Shown here piece by piece: positions 29,791 through 40,685 of a stretch of DNA of 64,000 bases (within the stretch, counting starts at the first letter, position 1; the number at the start of each line of letters is the position of its first letter). The position numbers and the translations under genes were made by a program. Where the stretch lies: assembly GCA_035544015.1 (NCBI GenBank), contig DATKIP010000076.1, positions 192,299 through 256,298 of the forward strand. The letters are read 5' to 3'. Under the pieces are notes generated by a model. That model was given only the letters and a program-made list of their open reading frames with translations, was not told the origin of the DNA and did not search any database. Source of the DNA: Candidatus Saccharimonadia bacterium (lineage in GTDB: Bacteria; Patescibacteriota; Saccharimonadia; UBA4664).

Positions 29791-32268
29791 ATGAAAAAGT
29801 ACGATCCCCAGCAGATAGAGCCCAAATGGCAAAAAACCTGGGCCGACACTAGGCTCTACGCTGCCGTCACGGGCGATACCACCCGCGACAAATACTACAT
29901 GCTCACCGAGTTCCCGTACCCCTCCGGCGCCGGCCTCCATGCCGGCCACACCCGCGAATACACCCTCGGCGACGTCATCGCCCGCCACAAGCGCATGCAG
30001 GGCTACAACGTGCTCTACCCCATGGGCTACGACGCCTTCGGCCTGCCCACCGAAAATTACGCCATCAAGCACAAAATCGCTCCCCAAAAGGCCACGGCCG
30101 ACAACATTGCCACCTTCCGCCAGCAATTCGACGCCATGGGCTTTAGCTTCGATTGGGACCGTGAGGTCAACACCACCGACCCCAAGTTTTACAAATGGAC
30201 TCAGTGGCTCTTCCTCAAATTCCTCGAAGCCGGCCTCGCCTACCAGGCCGAAATGGCCATCAATTGGTGTCCCAAGGAAAAAACCGGCCTGGCCAACGAA
30301 GAAGTCGTCAATGGTGTCCACGAGCGCTGCGGCACCCCGGTCGAAAAGAAACTCCTCAAACAGTGGATGTTCCGCATCACCGACTACGCCGACCGCCTCA
30401 TCGACGGCCTCAAAACCGTGGATTACCCAAGTCGCATCGCCGACCAGCAGGTCAATTGGATCGGCCGCTCCGAAGGCGCCGAGATCACCTTCAAGCTCCG
30501 CGGCATCGCCGGCCAAGACGACGACAAACACAGCGTCACCGTCTACACCACCCGGCCCGACACACTCTTCGGCGCCACGTTCCTGGTGGTTTCTCCGGAA
30601 GTCGCCGACAGCTGGCTCAAAATCGGCTGGAAAGCCTCAGATAAGGTCAAAGTCTACATTGAAAAATCCCTGCGCGAGTCCGAACTTTCCCGCCAAGAAG
30701 TGGCCAAAACTAAAACCGGCGTCGATGCCGGCATCCAAGCTGTGCACCCCATCACGGGCGAGCTCATGCCCGTTTGGGTGGCCGACTACGTGCTCGGCGG
30801 CTACGGCACCGGCGCCATCATGGCCGTCCCCGTCCACGACGAGCGTGACAACGAGTTCGCGCGCCAGTTCAGTCTGCCCATCAAGCCAGTGGTCTCAGGT
30901 GAATCCGGCTTCACTGGCTACGCCCCCCTTATCAACTCCGGCCAGTTCGACGGCCTCGAAGGCGCCGAAGCCAAGCGGGCCATCGTTAAAACTCTCGAAG
31001 AAAAAGGCGTCGGCAAACTCGCCGTCAAATACAAGCTCCGCGATTGGATCTTCTCCCGCCAGCACTACTGGGGCGAACCCATCCCCATCATCCACTGCCC
31101 CAAAGACGGCGTTGTGCCCGTGCCCGAGGATCAGCTCCCCGTCACGCTGCCGGTGGTCGAAAACTACGAGCCCACCGACACCGGCGAGTCGCCGCTGGCC
31201 GCCGTCACCGATTGGGTCAACGTCAAATGCCCCATTTGTGGCGGCCCGGCCAAGCGCGAAACCGACACCATGCCCAATTGGGCCGGGTCAAACTGGTACT
31301 ACCTGCGCTACATGGATGCCCGCAACGACCAAGCCTTCGCCTCCCGCGAGGCCCTCGAATATTGGCGCATGGTCGACCTATATCTGGGCGGCATGGAGCA
31401 CACCACGCTCCACCTGCTCTACTCGCGCTTCGTCCACCAATTCCTCTACGACCAAGGCCTCGTGCCCACCCCCGAGCCCTACGCCGCCCGCCGCGGCCAA
31501 GGCATCGTGCTGGCCGCCGACAACCGCAAAATGAGCAAATCCATCGGCAATGTCATCAACCCCACGGACATCATCGCCACCCACGGCGCCGACACCCTGC
31601 GGCTCTACATCCTCTTCATGGCGCCCTACGACGAAACCACCCCCTGGAGCGAAGAACGCTTAAATGGCGCGTCGCGCTTCGTGTACAAAGTGTGGAACCT
31701 CGCCCAAGAACTCATGGCCGCTCACCAATTCACCCGCCCCATGCAGCCCGGCCCCGGCGACGCTTTCGAAACCGCCGTCGACCGCGCCACGCACAAAGCC
31801 ATTAAAAAAATCCACGATGACCTGCACGAGATGCATTTCAATACCGCCGTCAGCGCCCTTATGGAGTACGTAAATTTCCTCAGCGACGCCAAAACCAAAG
31901 CCAAATTACTTAAACCCACCTCGGCCGCCCTGGCCTGGCGATCGCTCAATACGCTCGTTCAGCTCCTCGCTCCCATCACCCCGCATCTCTCAGAAGAACT
32001 TTGGCGCGAGCTCGGCTGGGAGGGGAGTGTACACGTGGCCGGCTGGCCCCAATACGACCCCGAGCTCATCAAAGACGACATCATCACCGTCGTGGTACAG
32101 GTAAACGGCCGCGTCCGCGCCAACCTCGCCCTGGCCGCCTCCGCCTCCGACGATGAGCTCACCGCCGCCGCCCAGGCCGACCCCAAAGTGGCCAAATTCC
32201 TCAGCGAAGGCAAGGTCGTGAAAACCATCGTAGTGCCGCGAAAGCTCGTAAACTTCGTCGTGAAGTAA
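29791..32268 (+). CDS. leuS: Leucine--tRNA ligase
   Basis: FPYPSGAGLHAGH (HIGH), TTRPDTLFG, GGMEH, KMSKS, VVVQVNGRVR. Confidence 0.98.
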   Translation: MKKYDPQQIEPKWQKTWADTRLYAAVTGDTTRDKYYMLTEFPYPSGAGLHAGHTREYTLGDVIARHKRMQGYNVLYPMGYDAFGLPTENYAIKHKIAPQKATADNIATFRQQFDAMGFSFDWDREVNTTDPKFYKWTQWLFLKFLEAGLAYQAEMAINWCPKEKTGLANEEVVNGVHERCGTPVEKKLLKQWMFRITDYADRLIDGLKTVDYPSRIADQQVNWIGRSEGAEITFKLRGIAGQDDDKHSVTVYTTRPDTLFGATFLVVSPEVADSWLKIGWKASDKVKVYIEKSLRESELSRQEVAKTKTGVDAGIQAVHPITGELMPVWVADYVLGGYGTGAIMAVPVHDERDNEFARQFSLPIKPVVSGESGFTGYAPLINSGQFDGLEGAEAKRAIVKTLEEKGVGKLAVKYKLRDWIFSRQHYWGEPIPIIHCPKDGVVPVPEDQLPVTLPVVENYEPTDTGESPLAAVTDWVNVKCPICGGPAKRETDTMPNWAGSNWYYLRYMDARNDQAFASREALEYWRMVDLYLGGMEHTTLHLLYSRFVHQFLYDQGLVPTPEPYAARRGQGIVLAADNRKMSKSIGNVINPTDIIATHGADTLRLYILFMAPYDETTPWSEERLNGASRFVYKVWNLAQELMAAHQFTRPMQPGPGDAFETAVDRATHKAIKKIHDDLHEMHFNTAVSALMEYVNFLSDAKTKAKLLKPTSAALAWRSLNTLVQLLAPITPHLSEELWRELGWEGSVHVAGWPQYDPELIKDDIITVVVQVNGRVRANLALAASASDDELTAAAQADPKVAKFLSEGKVVKTIVVPRKLVNFVVK

Positions 32269-32284
32269 CGGAAGACGGGCGCCA

Positions 32285-32944
32285 GTGGCTTCAATCCCCG
32301 TCGTAGACCCCGAAGTCGATCCCTACGCCGTACTTGGCGTGTCGCGCGGTGCCACCACCGATGAAATCAAACGCGCCTACCGCACGCGCGCCAAATCCGC
32401 CCACCCCGACGCCGGCGGCAGTCCCGAGGCCATGGATCGCGTCAATCGCGCCTACCACCTGCTGAGCGACGCCGCCGCCAAGCGCGAATTTGACCGCCAT
32501 CGCGACGTCCAGGCCGACGCCACCGCTGCCACTGCGCGCACCAGCACCCGCCGCGCGTCCGAGCCCGCCGCCGCGCCCGAAACCGGCCAGGGCGTTACGC
32601 CCACCAAGCGCCGCATGCAGGCCCGCAGCTATGTTTGGTCGCAGCTAGAGGAATTCGGCTGGGCGGCCGCCCTGGCCGGCCTCGCCCTGAGCTTTCTCGC
32701 CACCCGCGCTATCGGTCCCGCAGCCTGGCTGCTCGGGCTCGGCGGCTTTGCCCTCATCTATTGGCTGGTCCTGCAGCTCGTCTACATTGCCGTACCCGAG
32801 CTCAAGCTCATCACCTTCGATACTGTGCGCTCGCTGCGTCGCTCGAGCCCCCGCCATCGCCGCATCCTGCTCATCGTGAGTGCGCTATGGATTCCGCTCG
32901 GTCTCATCTGGGCAGCACTGTGCGCGTGGTTCGGGGGCAAATAG
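32285..32944 (+). CDS. J-domain membrane protein
   Basis: DPYAVLGV...IKRAYR...HPD; three C-terminal TM helices. Confidence 0.85.
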   Translation: MASIPVVDPEVDPYAVLGVSRGATTDEIKRAYRTRAKSAHPDAGGSPEAMDRVNRAYHLLSDAAAKREFDRHRDVQADATAATARTSTRRASEPAAAPETGQGVTPTKRRMQARSYVWSQLEEFGWAAALAGLALSFLATRAIGPAAWLLGLGGFALIYWLVLQLVYIAVPELKLITFDTVRSLRRSSPRHRRILLIVSALWIPLGLIWAALCAWFGGK

Positions 32945-33002
32945 GAGGCCCGACAGGTTGCACCTAACCACAAAATAAGATATACTCCTGCGCAAGAGTG
33001 CT

Positions 33003-33479
33003 ATGCACATCAACGTACGCGACATTCTAGTTGAATCGGTCGGGTACAGCCGGGCCTACAAGATTTCGGGCGAACGCCCAGAAATCGACGGGCTCACGCT
33101 GACCCGAGACATCGAGGGGGAGATCACCATCTCACGCCTCGATTCAAGCCTGCTCGTCCGCGGGCGCGTCATGACCGAGATTGAACTCGAATGCCACCGT
33201 TGTTTAAGCACTTTTAGCCGCCCCACCCACGTCAACCTGGCCCAAGAATACGCAGAGAGTCCCATGGACGATCAGCTGCCCATTGAAGACGACGAGATTG
33301 ATCTCGCGCCCGTCATTGGTCAGGAGCTCATTCTGGATATTCCCCTGCAGATCCTGTGTCGGCCCGATTGTCCGGGTATCCAAGACGCGGCAGAGCAGTA
33401 TACTAAAGAAGCAGATACCAGCACGCGCGTAGCACAACGCGCGCGCATCACGAAAGGAACCAAGCGTGGCCGTACCTAA
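33003..33479 (+). CDS. yceD: DUF177/YceD family protein
   Basis: CHRCL and LCRPDCPG motifs; immediately before rpmF. Confidence 0.88.
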   Translation: MHINVRDILVESVGYSRAYKISGERPEIDGLTLTRDIEGEITISRLDSSLLVRGRVMTEIELECHRCLSTFSRPTHVNLAQEYAESPMDDQLPIEDDEIDLAPVIGQELILDIPLQILCRPDCPGIQDAAEQYTKEADTSTRVAQRARITKGTKRGRT

Positions 33480-33633
33480 GAAACGCACTACTAGAACCGC
33501 CCAGGGCCAGCGTCGCTCGCACCTGGCGCTCGTCCCCACCCAGCTTATTCGCACCGCTGCCGGTGCACTCATTCCTCGCCGCCTCAAAAAGGCTGCCGAG
33601 CTCGGCTTACTCAAGAATCCCAAGAAGGCCTAG
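33466..33633 (+). CDS. rpmF: 50S ribosomal protein L32 (Cys-free; not in the ORF track)
   Basis: GTG start, [22 protein letters not shown]..., 55 aa; GAAAGGA RBS. Confidence 0.92.
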   Translation: MAVPKKRTTRTAQGQRRSHLALVPTQLIRTAAGALIPRRLKKAAELGLLKNPKKA

Positions 33634-33644
33634 GGGCGCCCGCG

Positions 33645-34121
33645 ATGGCCTCCAACCGTCACCTCGGCCGCATCGTTGCGATGCAGACGCTCTATGAGCA
33701 TGATTTTCGCGCCGGCGATGAGACCTCGCTCGAGCTTTCGCCGATTTTGCAGCGCAACCTCGATGAATTCCGCTCCAGCATCGACGACACCAATTTCGTC
33801 GAAGATGTCGTAGACGGTGTGCATAGCCATCAGACCGAAATCGACGGCATGATCGCCCCGGCCGCGCCCGAATGGCCGGTCGACCAGATCGCCAAAATCG
33901 ACAAAATCGTCCTGCGCATCGGGGTGTACGAACTCATGATCAAGCGCGATGTTCCCCCCAAGGTGGCCATCAACGAAGCCGTCGAGCTCGCCAAAACGTT
34001 TGGCGGCGAAAACTCCAGCAAATTCATCAACGGTGTGCTGGGAACCATTTACCGAAACAGTGATTTCTATGAACCAGAAGAAGAACCGGCGGCCAAACCG
34101 CTCGACAAAGCCGAAAACTAA
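33645..34121 (+). CDS. nusB: Transcription antitermination factor NusB
   Basis: [30 protein letters not shown]. Confidence 0.95.
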   Translation: MASNRHLGRIVAMQTLYEHDFRAGDETSLELSPILQRNLDEFRSSIDDTNFVEDVVDGVHSHQTEIDGMIAPAAPEWPVDQIAKIDKIVLRIGVYELMIKRDVPPKVAINEAVELAKTFGGENSSKFINGVLGTIYRNSDFYEPEEEPAAKPLDKAEN

Positions 34122-34605
34122 TCGCGCCACCAAGGCCGTTCGCGAATACACCGCCGGCGGTGTGGTGTACCGCCGCGCCGGTAGCCACGTCGACATCCTG
34201 ATGATCCAGGACCGGCTGGGCCGCTGGACCATCCCCAAGGGCCACGTGGAGGCCGGCGAAAGTCTCGAACAAACCGCCCTGCGCGAAGTAGCCGAAGAAA
34301 CCGGCCTACAAGAATTTCGCTTGGGCGACAAGCTCGATAAGCTCCATTTTTTCTATCGTAAAGAGGGCAAGCTGATCTTCATGACCACGCACGTCTATCT
34401 GATGGAGGCACTCGGCGACACCGACGCGGTAGTAGCCGAAGACTCCGAAGGCATTGTCGACGCCAAATGGTTTCCGGCCGACAAAGCCCTGGGCCTCATC
34501 GAATACCGCGACACCGAGCGGCTCTTCCGGCTCGGGCTGTCCAAGCTCGGCATCGCTGCCAACCTTCCGGCTGTCAAAACTCCTAAACTCATCCCATCAT
34601 CATGA
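34069..34605 (+). CDS. NUDIX hydrolase
   Basis: [22 protein letters not shown] Nudix box. Confidence 0.9.
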   Translation: MNQKKNRRPNRSTKPKTNRATKAVREYTAGGVVYRRAGSHVDILMIQDRLGRWTIPKGHVEAGESLEQTALREVAEETGLQEFRLGDKLDKLHFFYRKEGKLIFMTTHVYLMEALGDTDAVVAEDSEGIVDAKWFPADKALGLIEYRDTERLFRLGLSKLGIAANLPAVKTPKLIPSS

Positions 34606-35297
34606 ACCCACTCGACGAATTCCAAGACCGCATCGGCATCAAATTTAACGACGTATCTCTGCTCGAGCGCGCGTTTACTCACCGCTCGTATCTCAACGAG
34701 CACCCCAAGCTCGGCCTCGAGCACAATGAGCGCATTGAGTTTCTCGGCGACGCCGTTCTCGAGCTCGTAGTCACCGACCACCTGTATCGCAATTATCCCA
34801 ATCCCGAGGGCGATCTCACCAACTGGCGCAGCGCACTCGTGAAAACCGAATCGCTCGCCGCCGTGGCCGAAAAGCTCCAGATCGCCGAATACTTCAAGCT
34901 CAGCCGCGGCGAAGCCAAGGGCAACGCCCGCTCGCACGCCCTCATTTCGGCCAACGCCGTCGAGGCCATCATCGGCGCCACCTACCTGGACCAAGGCTAC
35001 GATACCGCCAAGCGCTTCATCGCCGACCATATCATTTCCCGCCTCGAGCATATCCTCGAATCCGGCGCCTGGATGGACCCCAAGAGCAAATTCCAGGAAC
35101 TCGCCCAGGAACGCTTCGGCCTCACACCCGCTTATCGTGTCATGGAAGAAGCCGGCCCCGATCACGACAAAGTCTTCACCATCGGTGTGTATGTAGGCGA
35201 CACCCTCTACGGCCAGGGTTCCGGTTCGAGCAAGCAGGCCGGCCAGCAAGAAGCCGCCGCCGCCGCACTCGCCAAGCTCGCCCAGCCCAAAGCCTAG
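34602..35297 (+). CDS. rnc: Ribonuclease III
   Basis: AFTHRSY, NERIEFLGDAVL, C-terminal dsRBD. Confidence 0.96.
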   Translation: MNPLDEFQDRIGIKFNDVSLLERAFTHRSYLNEHPKLGLEHNERIEFLGDAVLELVVTDHLYRNYPNPEGDLTNWRSALVKTESLAAVAEKLQIAEYFKLSRGEAKGNARSHALISANAVEAIIGATYLDQGYDTAKRFIADHIISRLEHILESGAWMDPKSKFQELAQERFGLTPAYRVMEEAGPDHDKVFTIGVYVGDTLYGQGSGSSKQAGQQEAAAAALAKLAQPKA

Positions 35298-35390
35298 ATA
35301 GCATTCCTCGAGTATTTACGGTATAACCATACCGGACACCGTCCGGAATCCGGCATGGTGCCGGTTCCTTCGTTTTGGGGGTGATGGCCC

Positions 35391-36284
35391 ATGCGGCCGT
35401 CAAAGCATCGCACTCCAGCGCGCACCCGCGTGCCGATCGAAGCCTGCGTGGCGAAAAACTTGCTGGGAGGCCGGTACGTTCGCTACCTGCGCATCGGCAC
35501 CGGCGACCAGCTGGTCGTGCACCTGCACGGCCTGGGCGGCATACCGGGTCTCGATCTGGGGTGGCTGGCGTGGTTGAGCCAGGAGCTCAACCTCACCGTC
35601 TTGGCCCCGTTCCTGCCCAATCACGCCCGCTCCTGCCGGGTCGACACCTACGACGAGCTCATCGACTGCCTGGGCGACTGGGCTGAGTCCTGCGGAATCG
35701 AGCGTGCTCTATGGATTGGCCACTCGCTTGGCGGCTACCTGGTCTACGGCGTGGCGCTCAAGCGGCCGCAGTACGTCGGCGGGGTCGTCAACCTGGCCGG
35801 ACCGGTCAACGCAGTGTTCGACCGCCGGCCCATCCCGCTGCTGATGCCCAAGCTGGCCTACCTGGCCGTCGAAGGGCTGATCGCCTTCTGGGTCTCGCTG
35901 GGGACGCAACTGCTGGGCCCCTACCGCCGCGACGTGCTGCGGCACACCGTCGACAGTGTGCTGCACGGCCCGCGGGCTCGCACCATCCTCCGCCTCATCC
36001 GGAATACGCCCCAGCTCCTGGGCCCGATGCAGCGGCTCCCCATCCCCGCCTTCAACCTAGGGGCCGGCCTAGACCCCACCATCCGCTACCGTTACCCCTG
36101 GCCCGGTCCGGGCGGCCCTGGCGACATGGTGACGCTCTTCGGGGCGCCGCACAACTTCCCGTCGCTGCTGCCGCTGGTGCCACACTTCCGCGCCGCCATC
36201 ATCGCCGCCGTCAGCACCGTGCTGACCGGCATGGTTAACGCGAATGACCCCGCCCCCTCCACAACCCGTCCGCCCGTCGCCTGA
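35391..36284 (+). CDS. Alpha/beta hydrolase
   Basis: HLHGLG, GHSLGG nucleophile elbow, candidate Asp (LDP) and His (APHN). Confidence 0.75.
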   Translation: MRPSKHRTPARTRVPIEACVAKNLLGGRYVRYLRIGTGDQLVVHLHGLGGIPGLDLGWLAWLSQELNLTVLAPFLPNHARSCRVDTYDELIDCLGDWAESCGIERALWIGHSLGGYLVYGVALKRPQYVGGVVNLAGPVNAVFDRRPIPLLMPKLAYLAVEGLIAFWVSLGTQLLGPYRRDVLRHTVDSVLHGPRARTILRLIRNTPQLLGPMQRLPIPAFNLGAGLDPTIRYRYPWPGPGGPGDMVTLFGAPHNFPSLLPLVPHFRAAIIAAVSTVLTGMVNANDPAPSTTRPPVA

Positions 36285-36312
36285 TGCTCGCTTCGCGGTC
36301 CCGTCAGGCGAC

Positions 36313-36348
36313 CGCCGCCGCTCCCCTAGTGTTGTGGGAGCGGCGGCG
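36313..36348 (+). terminator. GC-rich hairpin after the hydrolase gene
   Basis: CGCCGCCGCTCCC / GGGAGCGGCGGCG 13-bp stem. Confidence 0.5.
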
Positions 36349-36409
36349 AGTCATTTCGGCGCCCGTTTATTTGCTACAATAAAGCTAATGGTGTTGCGAG
36401 ATAAACTAC

Positions 36410-38911
36410 ATGCTGCTTAGGCGCGTAACGGTCACCGGGTTCAAGTCGTTTGCCAATAAAACGGTGATCGATCTCGAGCCCGGCATCACGGCCGTGGTGG
36501 GACCAAATGGCTCTGGCAAGAGCAACTTGGCCGACGCTATCCGTTGGGCGCTGGGCGAACAGGGCAAGAATCGGCTAAGGCTCGAGGGGCGCGACGAACT
36601 GGTGTTTGCCGGCAATGACCACCGTGCCCGCGCCAGTTTTGCCGAGGTTACGCTGCTGTTTGATAACGAAGACGGCGCCTTTGCGCTCGACCTCACCGAG
36701 GTCGAAATTTCGCGGCGCATGTACCGCAGCGGCGAAACCGATTACCGCTTGGCCGGGCGCAGTGTGCGGCTGGCCGACCTCCAGGCGCTGCTGGCCCAGG
36801 CCGGGGTGGGCGCCGGCACCTACGCCGTCATCGGCCAAGGCATGATCGATACCATGCTCACCAGCTCGCCGGCCGAGCGCAAGCTCCTGTTTGATGAGGC
36901 CGCCGGCATCCGCGGCCCCGAGCTCGGCCGCGAAGCCGCGCTGCGCAAACTCACCGCCACCGCCGCCAACCTCACGCGCCTGCGCGACATCGCGGCCGAG
37001 CTGGCGCCGCGCCTGGGCTCGCTGCAGACGGCGGTGGATGCGGCCAGCGAGCGCGAGCAGCTGGCGGGCCGCGTGGCCGACCTGCGCGCCGCGGTGGTGG
37101 CGGCCGGCCGCGCTCAATGGGCCGCCGCTCACGCCGCCGCGGCGAGCCGTCTCGCCGACCTGGCCGCCGCCGCTCACCGCCTGCGCCACCAGCACCACGC
37201 GTTGAGCCACGCCGCCGCCCGTCGCCGCCAGGCCGAAGTCGCCGCCGCCCGCCGCCGCGAGCAGCTCCAGGCCGAAGTCGCCGCCCTGGAGCGCGCCCGC
37301 GACGAGGCGGCCACCGAGCTCACCACGGCCGGTGCCGCCATGGCCATCGCCGAGCGCGATGCCGGCGCCGCCACCGAGCTCACGGTGCGGCTCAAGACCT
37401 CCATCGCCGACCTGCGCGCCGCTACCAACCGCCTGGCCGCCACCCACACCGCACTGGCCTCAAACGCCGAGTCCGCCGCTCGTGCCGCCAAGGCCGCCAC
37501 TCGCGCCAACCGCGCCGTCACTGCCGCGCAGGCAGCGTTGATCACCATTCGCGAAGACACCGGCGACGGCGCCCGCGATCAATACCTCGAACACGCACTG
37601 CAAATTCTCAAAACCTTAGCCCAGGGTCTCGGCACGCCGCAATTCACCGCCGAGCAAATCCGCTTACTTATCCACAAGGCCGGACGGTTGCTCAGCCATG
37701 CCACCCGCACCGGGGCCGCCGAGCTCCTCGCCGATCTGAAAGTCTCCCAAAAACAGCTCGAAGCCGCCATGACCGCGCGCGATACCGCCATTGAGCACCA
37801 AACCAATCTCTCGATCGCCGGCCGTTCACTCGAGATCGACCTTGCCCATCAGCAGACGGAGGTCGAACGCCTCAACGCCCGGCGCGAGGAACTCGAGCTG
37901 GAGCTCGACCCACTCGAACGCAGCGCCCGCGCGCTCGCCAAGCTCACAGTGGCCGAACACCGGGCCACTACCGCGCTCGCCGCCGCCACCGCCCAGCTCG
38001 AATCCGGCCGCGCCGAGCTCGCTCGGCTGAGCTCCGGCTCCGCCGTTACTCTGGCCGTCGCCGATCAGCTCGGCCGGCTCGAGCGCACGCGCGCCGAGCT
38101 CACCGCCCTCGCCGCCGAGCAGGCCCGCCTGCGCGACGACCGCGAGGCCGCCGCCGCGCGTCTCGCCGAGCTCAACCAGCTCGCCGCCGATTGGGCCGTT
38201 CCCGCCGCCCCCACCACAGCCGCCGTCTCGCCGCCCTTCGATTCCTTCGCCACCCTCAGCGACCAGCTCGCCCGGGCCGAAACACTGCTCGAGGCCCGCA
38301 CCCAGGTCTACCAAGACCATCTCGCCGAGTACCACGAAGTCACCGCCCGCCAATCCGACCTCACCACCCAAATCGCCGACCTCGAGCAAGCCGAGGCCGA
38401 CCTGCGCAAGCTCGTCGCCGAGCTCGAAACTCTCATTAAATCCCGTTTCAAAGACAATTTCGACGCTCTGGCCGAGCAATTTAGCCATTATTTCACCCGC
38501 CTGTTCGAGGGCGGCTCGGCCTCGCTTGAACTCACCCAGTCAGACGACGCGGGCTACGGCATCACCATTAAAGCCAGCCCCAAAGGCAAACGCCTCGCCA
38601 CTATCGCGGCGCTCTCCGGTGGCGAACGCGCGCTGGCCGGCGTCGCGCTGGTGGCCGCCATCCTGCGCGTCAACCCCAGCCCCTTCGTCGTGCTCGACGA
38701 AATCGACGCCGCTCTCGACGAAGCCAACTCCGGCCGCCTCGCCACCATCCTCGCCGAGCTCGAGCAATACTCGCAGCTCATCGTCATCACCCACAACCGC
38801 CAAACCATGAAAGCCGCCAAAGTCCTCTTCGGCGTCACCATGGGCGACCACCACATTTCCAGCCTCATCTCCATGCGCCTCGAGCAAGCCACCCAACTCG
38901 CCGCCCGCTAG
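36410..38911 (+). CDS. smc: SMC family ATPase (short form)
   Basis: GFKSF, GPNGSGKSN, IGQG, LSGGE, LDEIDAALDEAN, ITH; coiled coils. Confidence 0.88.
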   Translation: MLLRRVTVTGFKSFANKTVIDLEPGITAVVGPNGSGKSNLADAIRWALGEQGKNRLRLEGRDELVFAGNDHRARASFAEVTLLFDNEDGAFALDLTEVEISRRMYRSGETDYRLAGRSVRLADLQALLAQAGVGAGTYAVIGQGMIDTMLTSSPAERKLLFDEAAGIRGPELGREAALRKLTATAANLTRLRDIAAELAPRLGSLQTAVDAASEREQLAGRVADLRAAVVAAGRAQWAAAHAAAASRLADLAAAAHRLRHQHHALSHAAARRRQAEVAAARRREQLQAEVAALERARDEAATELTTAGAAMAIAERDAGAATELTVRLKTSIADLRAATNRLAATHTALASNAESAARAAKAATRANRAVTAAQAALITIREDTGDGARDQYLEHALQILKTLAQGLGTPQFTAEQIRLLIHKAGRLLSHATRTGAAELLADLKVSQKQLEAAMTARDTAIEHQTNLSIAGRSLEIDLAHQQTEVERLNARREELELELDPLERSARALAKLTVAEHRATTALAAATAQLESGRAELARLSSGSAVTLAVADQLGRLERTRAELTALAAEQARLRDDREAAAARLAELNQLAADWAVPAAPTTAAVSPPFDSFATLSDQLARAETLLEARTQVYQDHLAEYHEVTARQSDLTTQIADLEQAEADLRKLVAELETLIKSRFKDNFDALAEQFSHYFTRLFEGGSASLELTQSDDAGYGITIKASPKGKRLATIAALSGGERALAGVALVAAILRVNPSPFVVLDEIDAALDEANSGRLATILAELEQYSQLIVITHNRQTMKAAKVLFGVTMGDHHISSLISMRLEQATQLAAR

Positions 38912-38995
38912 CCAATCTGTTGACTTATACCGCAAAAATCGTTAAACTCAACTTCGTTGTAACCACATATCAGGAATAATCCAGGAACACTTCAT

Positions 38996-39361
38996 TTGTT
39001 AGTTATTCGCTTGGCCCGCACCGGCCGTAACAAATACCCGACCTACCGCGTTGTTGCGGCCGAATCGGCTCGTACCGCTACGGGTAAATTTGTCGCCATC
39101 CTTGGTCACTACAATCCTCACACCAAGGAAATCGTGCTCAAAACCGACGAAATCGTCAAGCACATGGCCAATGGCGCCCAGCCGTCGAATACCGTCGTGA
39201 AACTCCTGATGCGCGAAAAAGTTGAGCTGCCCAAGTGGGTGAAACTCAAAACCAAAGCTCCCAAGGTAGTCGAGGCTCCGGCCGAGGAAGCCGCCACCGA
39301 AGTTTCGCCCGCTGAGGCCGAAGCCGACGCGCTCCCGGATGATAGCACCGAAACTACGTAG
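38996..39361 (+). CDS. rpsP: 30S ribosomal protein S16
   Basis: TTG start; LVIRLARTG, YRVVAAES, LGHYNP, GAQPSNTV. Confidence 0.95.
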   Translation: MLVIRLARTGRNKYPTYRVVAAESARTATGKFVAILGHYNPHTKEIVLKTDEIVKHMANGAQPSNTVVKLLMREKVELPKWVKLKTKAPKVVEAPAEEAATEVSPAEAEADALPDDSTETT

Positions 39362-39432
39362 ATCGTAGGTCCCTGATCGCTATAAAAATGATATGATATC
39401 TCCAACATCCATAATTCTGTAAGGAGTGGTGT

Positions 39433-39822
39433 ATGCCGGACATGGATAAGGAATTTGTAGAGTACGTCGTTAGGGCCTTAGTGAGTCACCCCGACGACGT
39501 GGTGGTGAAGCGCTCTGTCGATGACATGGGCGTCCTGCTTGAGTTATCAGTAAACCCCGAAGACATGGGCAAGGTGATCGGCAAGGCCGGCGCCACCGCC
39601 AAGAGCATCCGCACGCTGCTGCGGGTACTCGGCTCGCGCAACGACGCCCGCGTCAACCTTAAGATCATCGAGCCCGAAGGCAGCGAACATCACGCCGCCG
39701 CCGCCGATGAGTTGCCGCTCGAAGAAGTCCCCGCCGCCGCCGCTCCCGTTGAGGATGCCGAAGCTGAAATGCTGGCTCGCACCAAGCGCGAATTTGCTGA
39801 TCTCGACGACCTCGACCTGTAA
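39433..39822 (+). CDS. khpA: KH domain RNA-binding protein KhpA
   Basis: DMGKVIGKAGATAKSIRTL; located between rpsP and trmD. Confidence 0.9.
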   Translation: MPDMDKEFVEYVVRALVSHPDDVVVKRSVDDMGVLLELSVNPEDMGKVIGKAGATAKSIRTLLRVLGSRNDARVNLKIIEPEGSEHHAAAADELPLEEVPAAAAPVEDAEAEMLARTKREFADLDDLDL

Positions 39823-39836
39823 ATAAACGACGCCCC

Positions 39837-40511
39837 ATGAAAATCGATATTATCACGCTCTTCCCGGACATGTTCAAAGGTCCGTTCGACATGAGCATGC
39901 TGTGGAAAGCCCAGGAGAGGGGACTGGCGCAGATCAATTTGATCGACCTGCGCGATTTTGGCCTGGGTTCGCGCCGCACCGTCGACGATACGCCCTACGG
40001 CGGCGGCGACGGGATGGTGCTGCGGGTCGAGCCGGTAGTGGCGGCGATTGAGGCTGCCCGCGCCGCCAGCCCCGGTGCTCGTGTCATTGCGCTCACGCCT
40101 GGCGGCCACCGCTACGACCAAGCCACCGCCGCCGCACTGGCCCGTCTCCCCGGACTCATTTTGCTGGCCGGCCACTACGAGGGCTTCGACGAGCGCATTT
40201 ATAGCTACGTCGACGATCAAATTTCCATCGGCGACTACGTGCTAACTGGCGGCGAACTCCCCGCCATGGTGATCGCCGACAGCGTCATCCGCCTCATTCC
40301 CGGGGTGCTGGGAGGCGAACAATCCGCCCACGACGAATCATTCAGCGATCCCACCCTCCTCGAATACCCCCACTACACCCGCCCGGCCGAATTCCGCGGC
40401 GCCGAGGTGCCGGAGGTGCTCCAAAACGGCCACCACGCCGAAATCGCCGCTTGGCGCCGCACCCAGGCCGAGGCCAAAACTCGCCAGTTTCGGCCCGATC
40501 TGCGACCATAA
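39837..40511 (+). CDS. trmD: tRNA (guanine37-N1)-methyltransferase
   Basis: VDDTPYGGGDGM, GHYEGFDER, SIGDYVLTGGE, LEYPHYTRP. Confidence 0.97.
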   Translation: MKIDIITLFPDMFKGPFDMSMLWKAQERGLAQINLIDLRDFGLGSRRTVDDTPYGGGDGMVLRVEPVVAAIEAARAASPGARVIALTPGGHRYDQATAAALARLPGLILLAGHYEGFDERIYSYVDDQISIGDYVLTGGELPAMVIADSVIRLIPGVLGGEQSAHDESFSDPTLLEYPHYTRPAEFRGAEVPEVLQNGHHAEIAAWRRTQAEAKTRQFRPDLRP

Positions 40512-40562
40512 CCCCGCCGCGCGCCGGAACCCCACCCCCGCCGACACACACAACACAGCACT

Positions 40563-40612
40563 TACCGCCAAACTGACACAAATCACGCTCACAATATGTC
40601 AATTTGGCGGTA
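40563..40612. repeat. Inverted repeat upstream of padR
   Basis: TACCGCCAAA-CTGACA ... TGTCA-ATTTGGCGGTA. Confidence 0.65.
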
Positions 40613-40685
40613 TACTACACGATGTATGCGTTGCCGTCACGTACACTCTTCCCGAAAGAACGAAAATTCCGGAGTACCATCCATC

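Noticed and set aside
38996-40511. rimM and rplS missing from the rpsP-trmD cluster; Cys-free L32 at 33466
   Set aside because: These are ordinary variations in reduced genomes, and the missing genes may lie elsewhere
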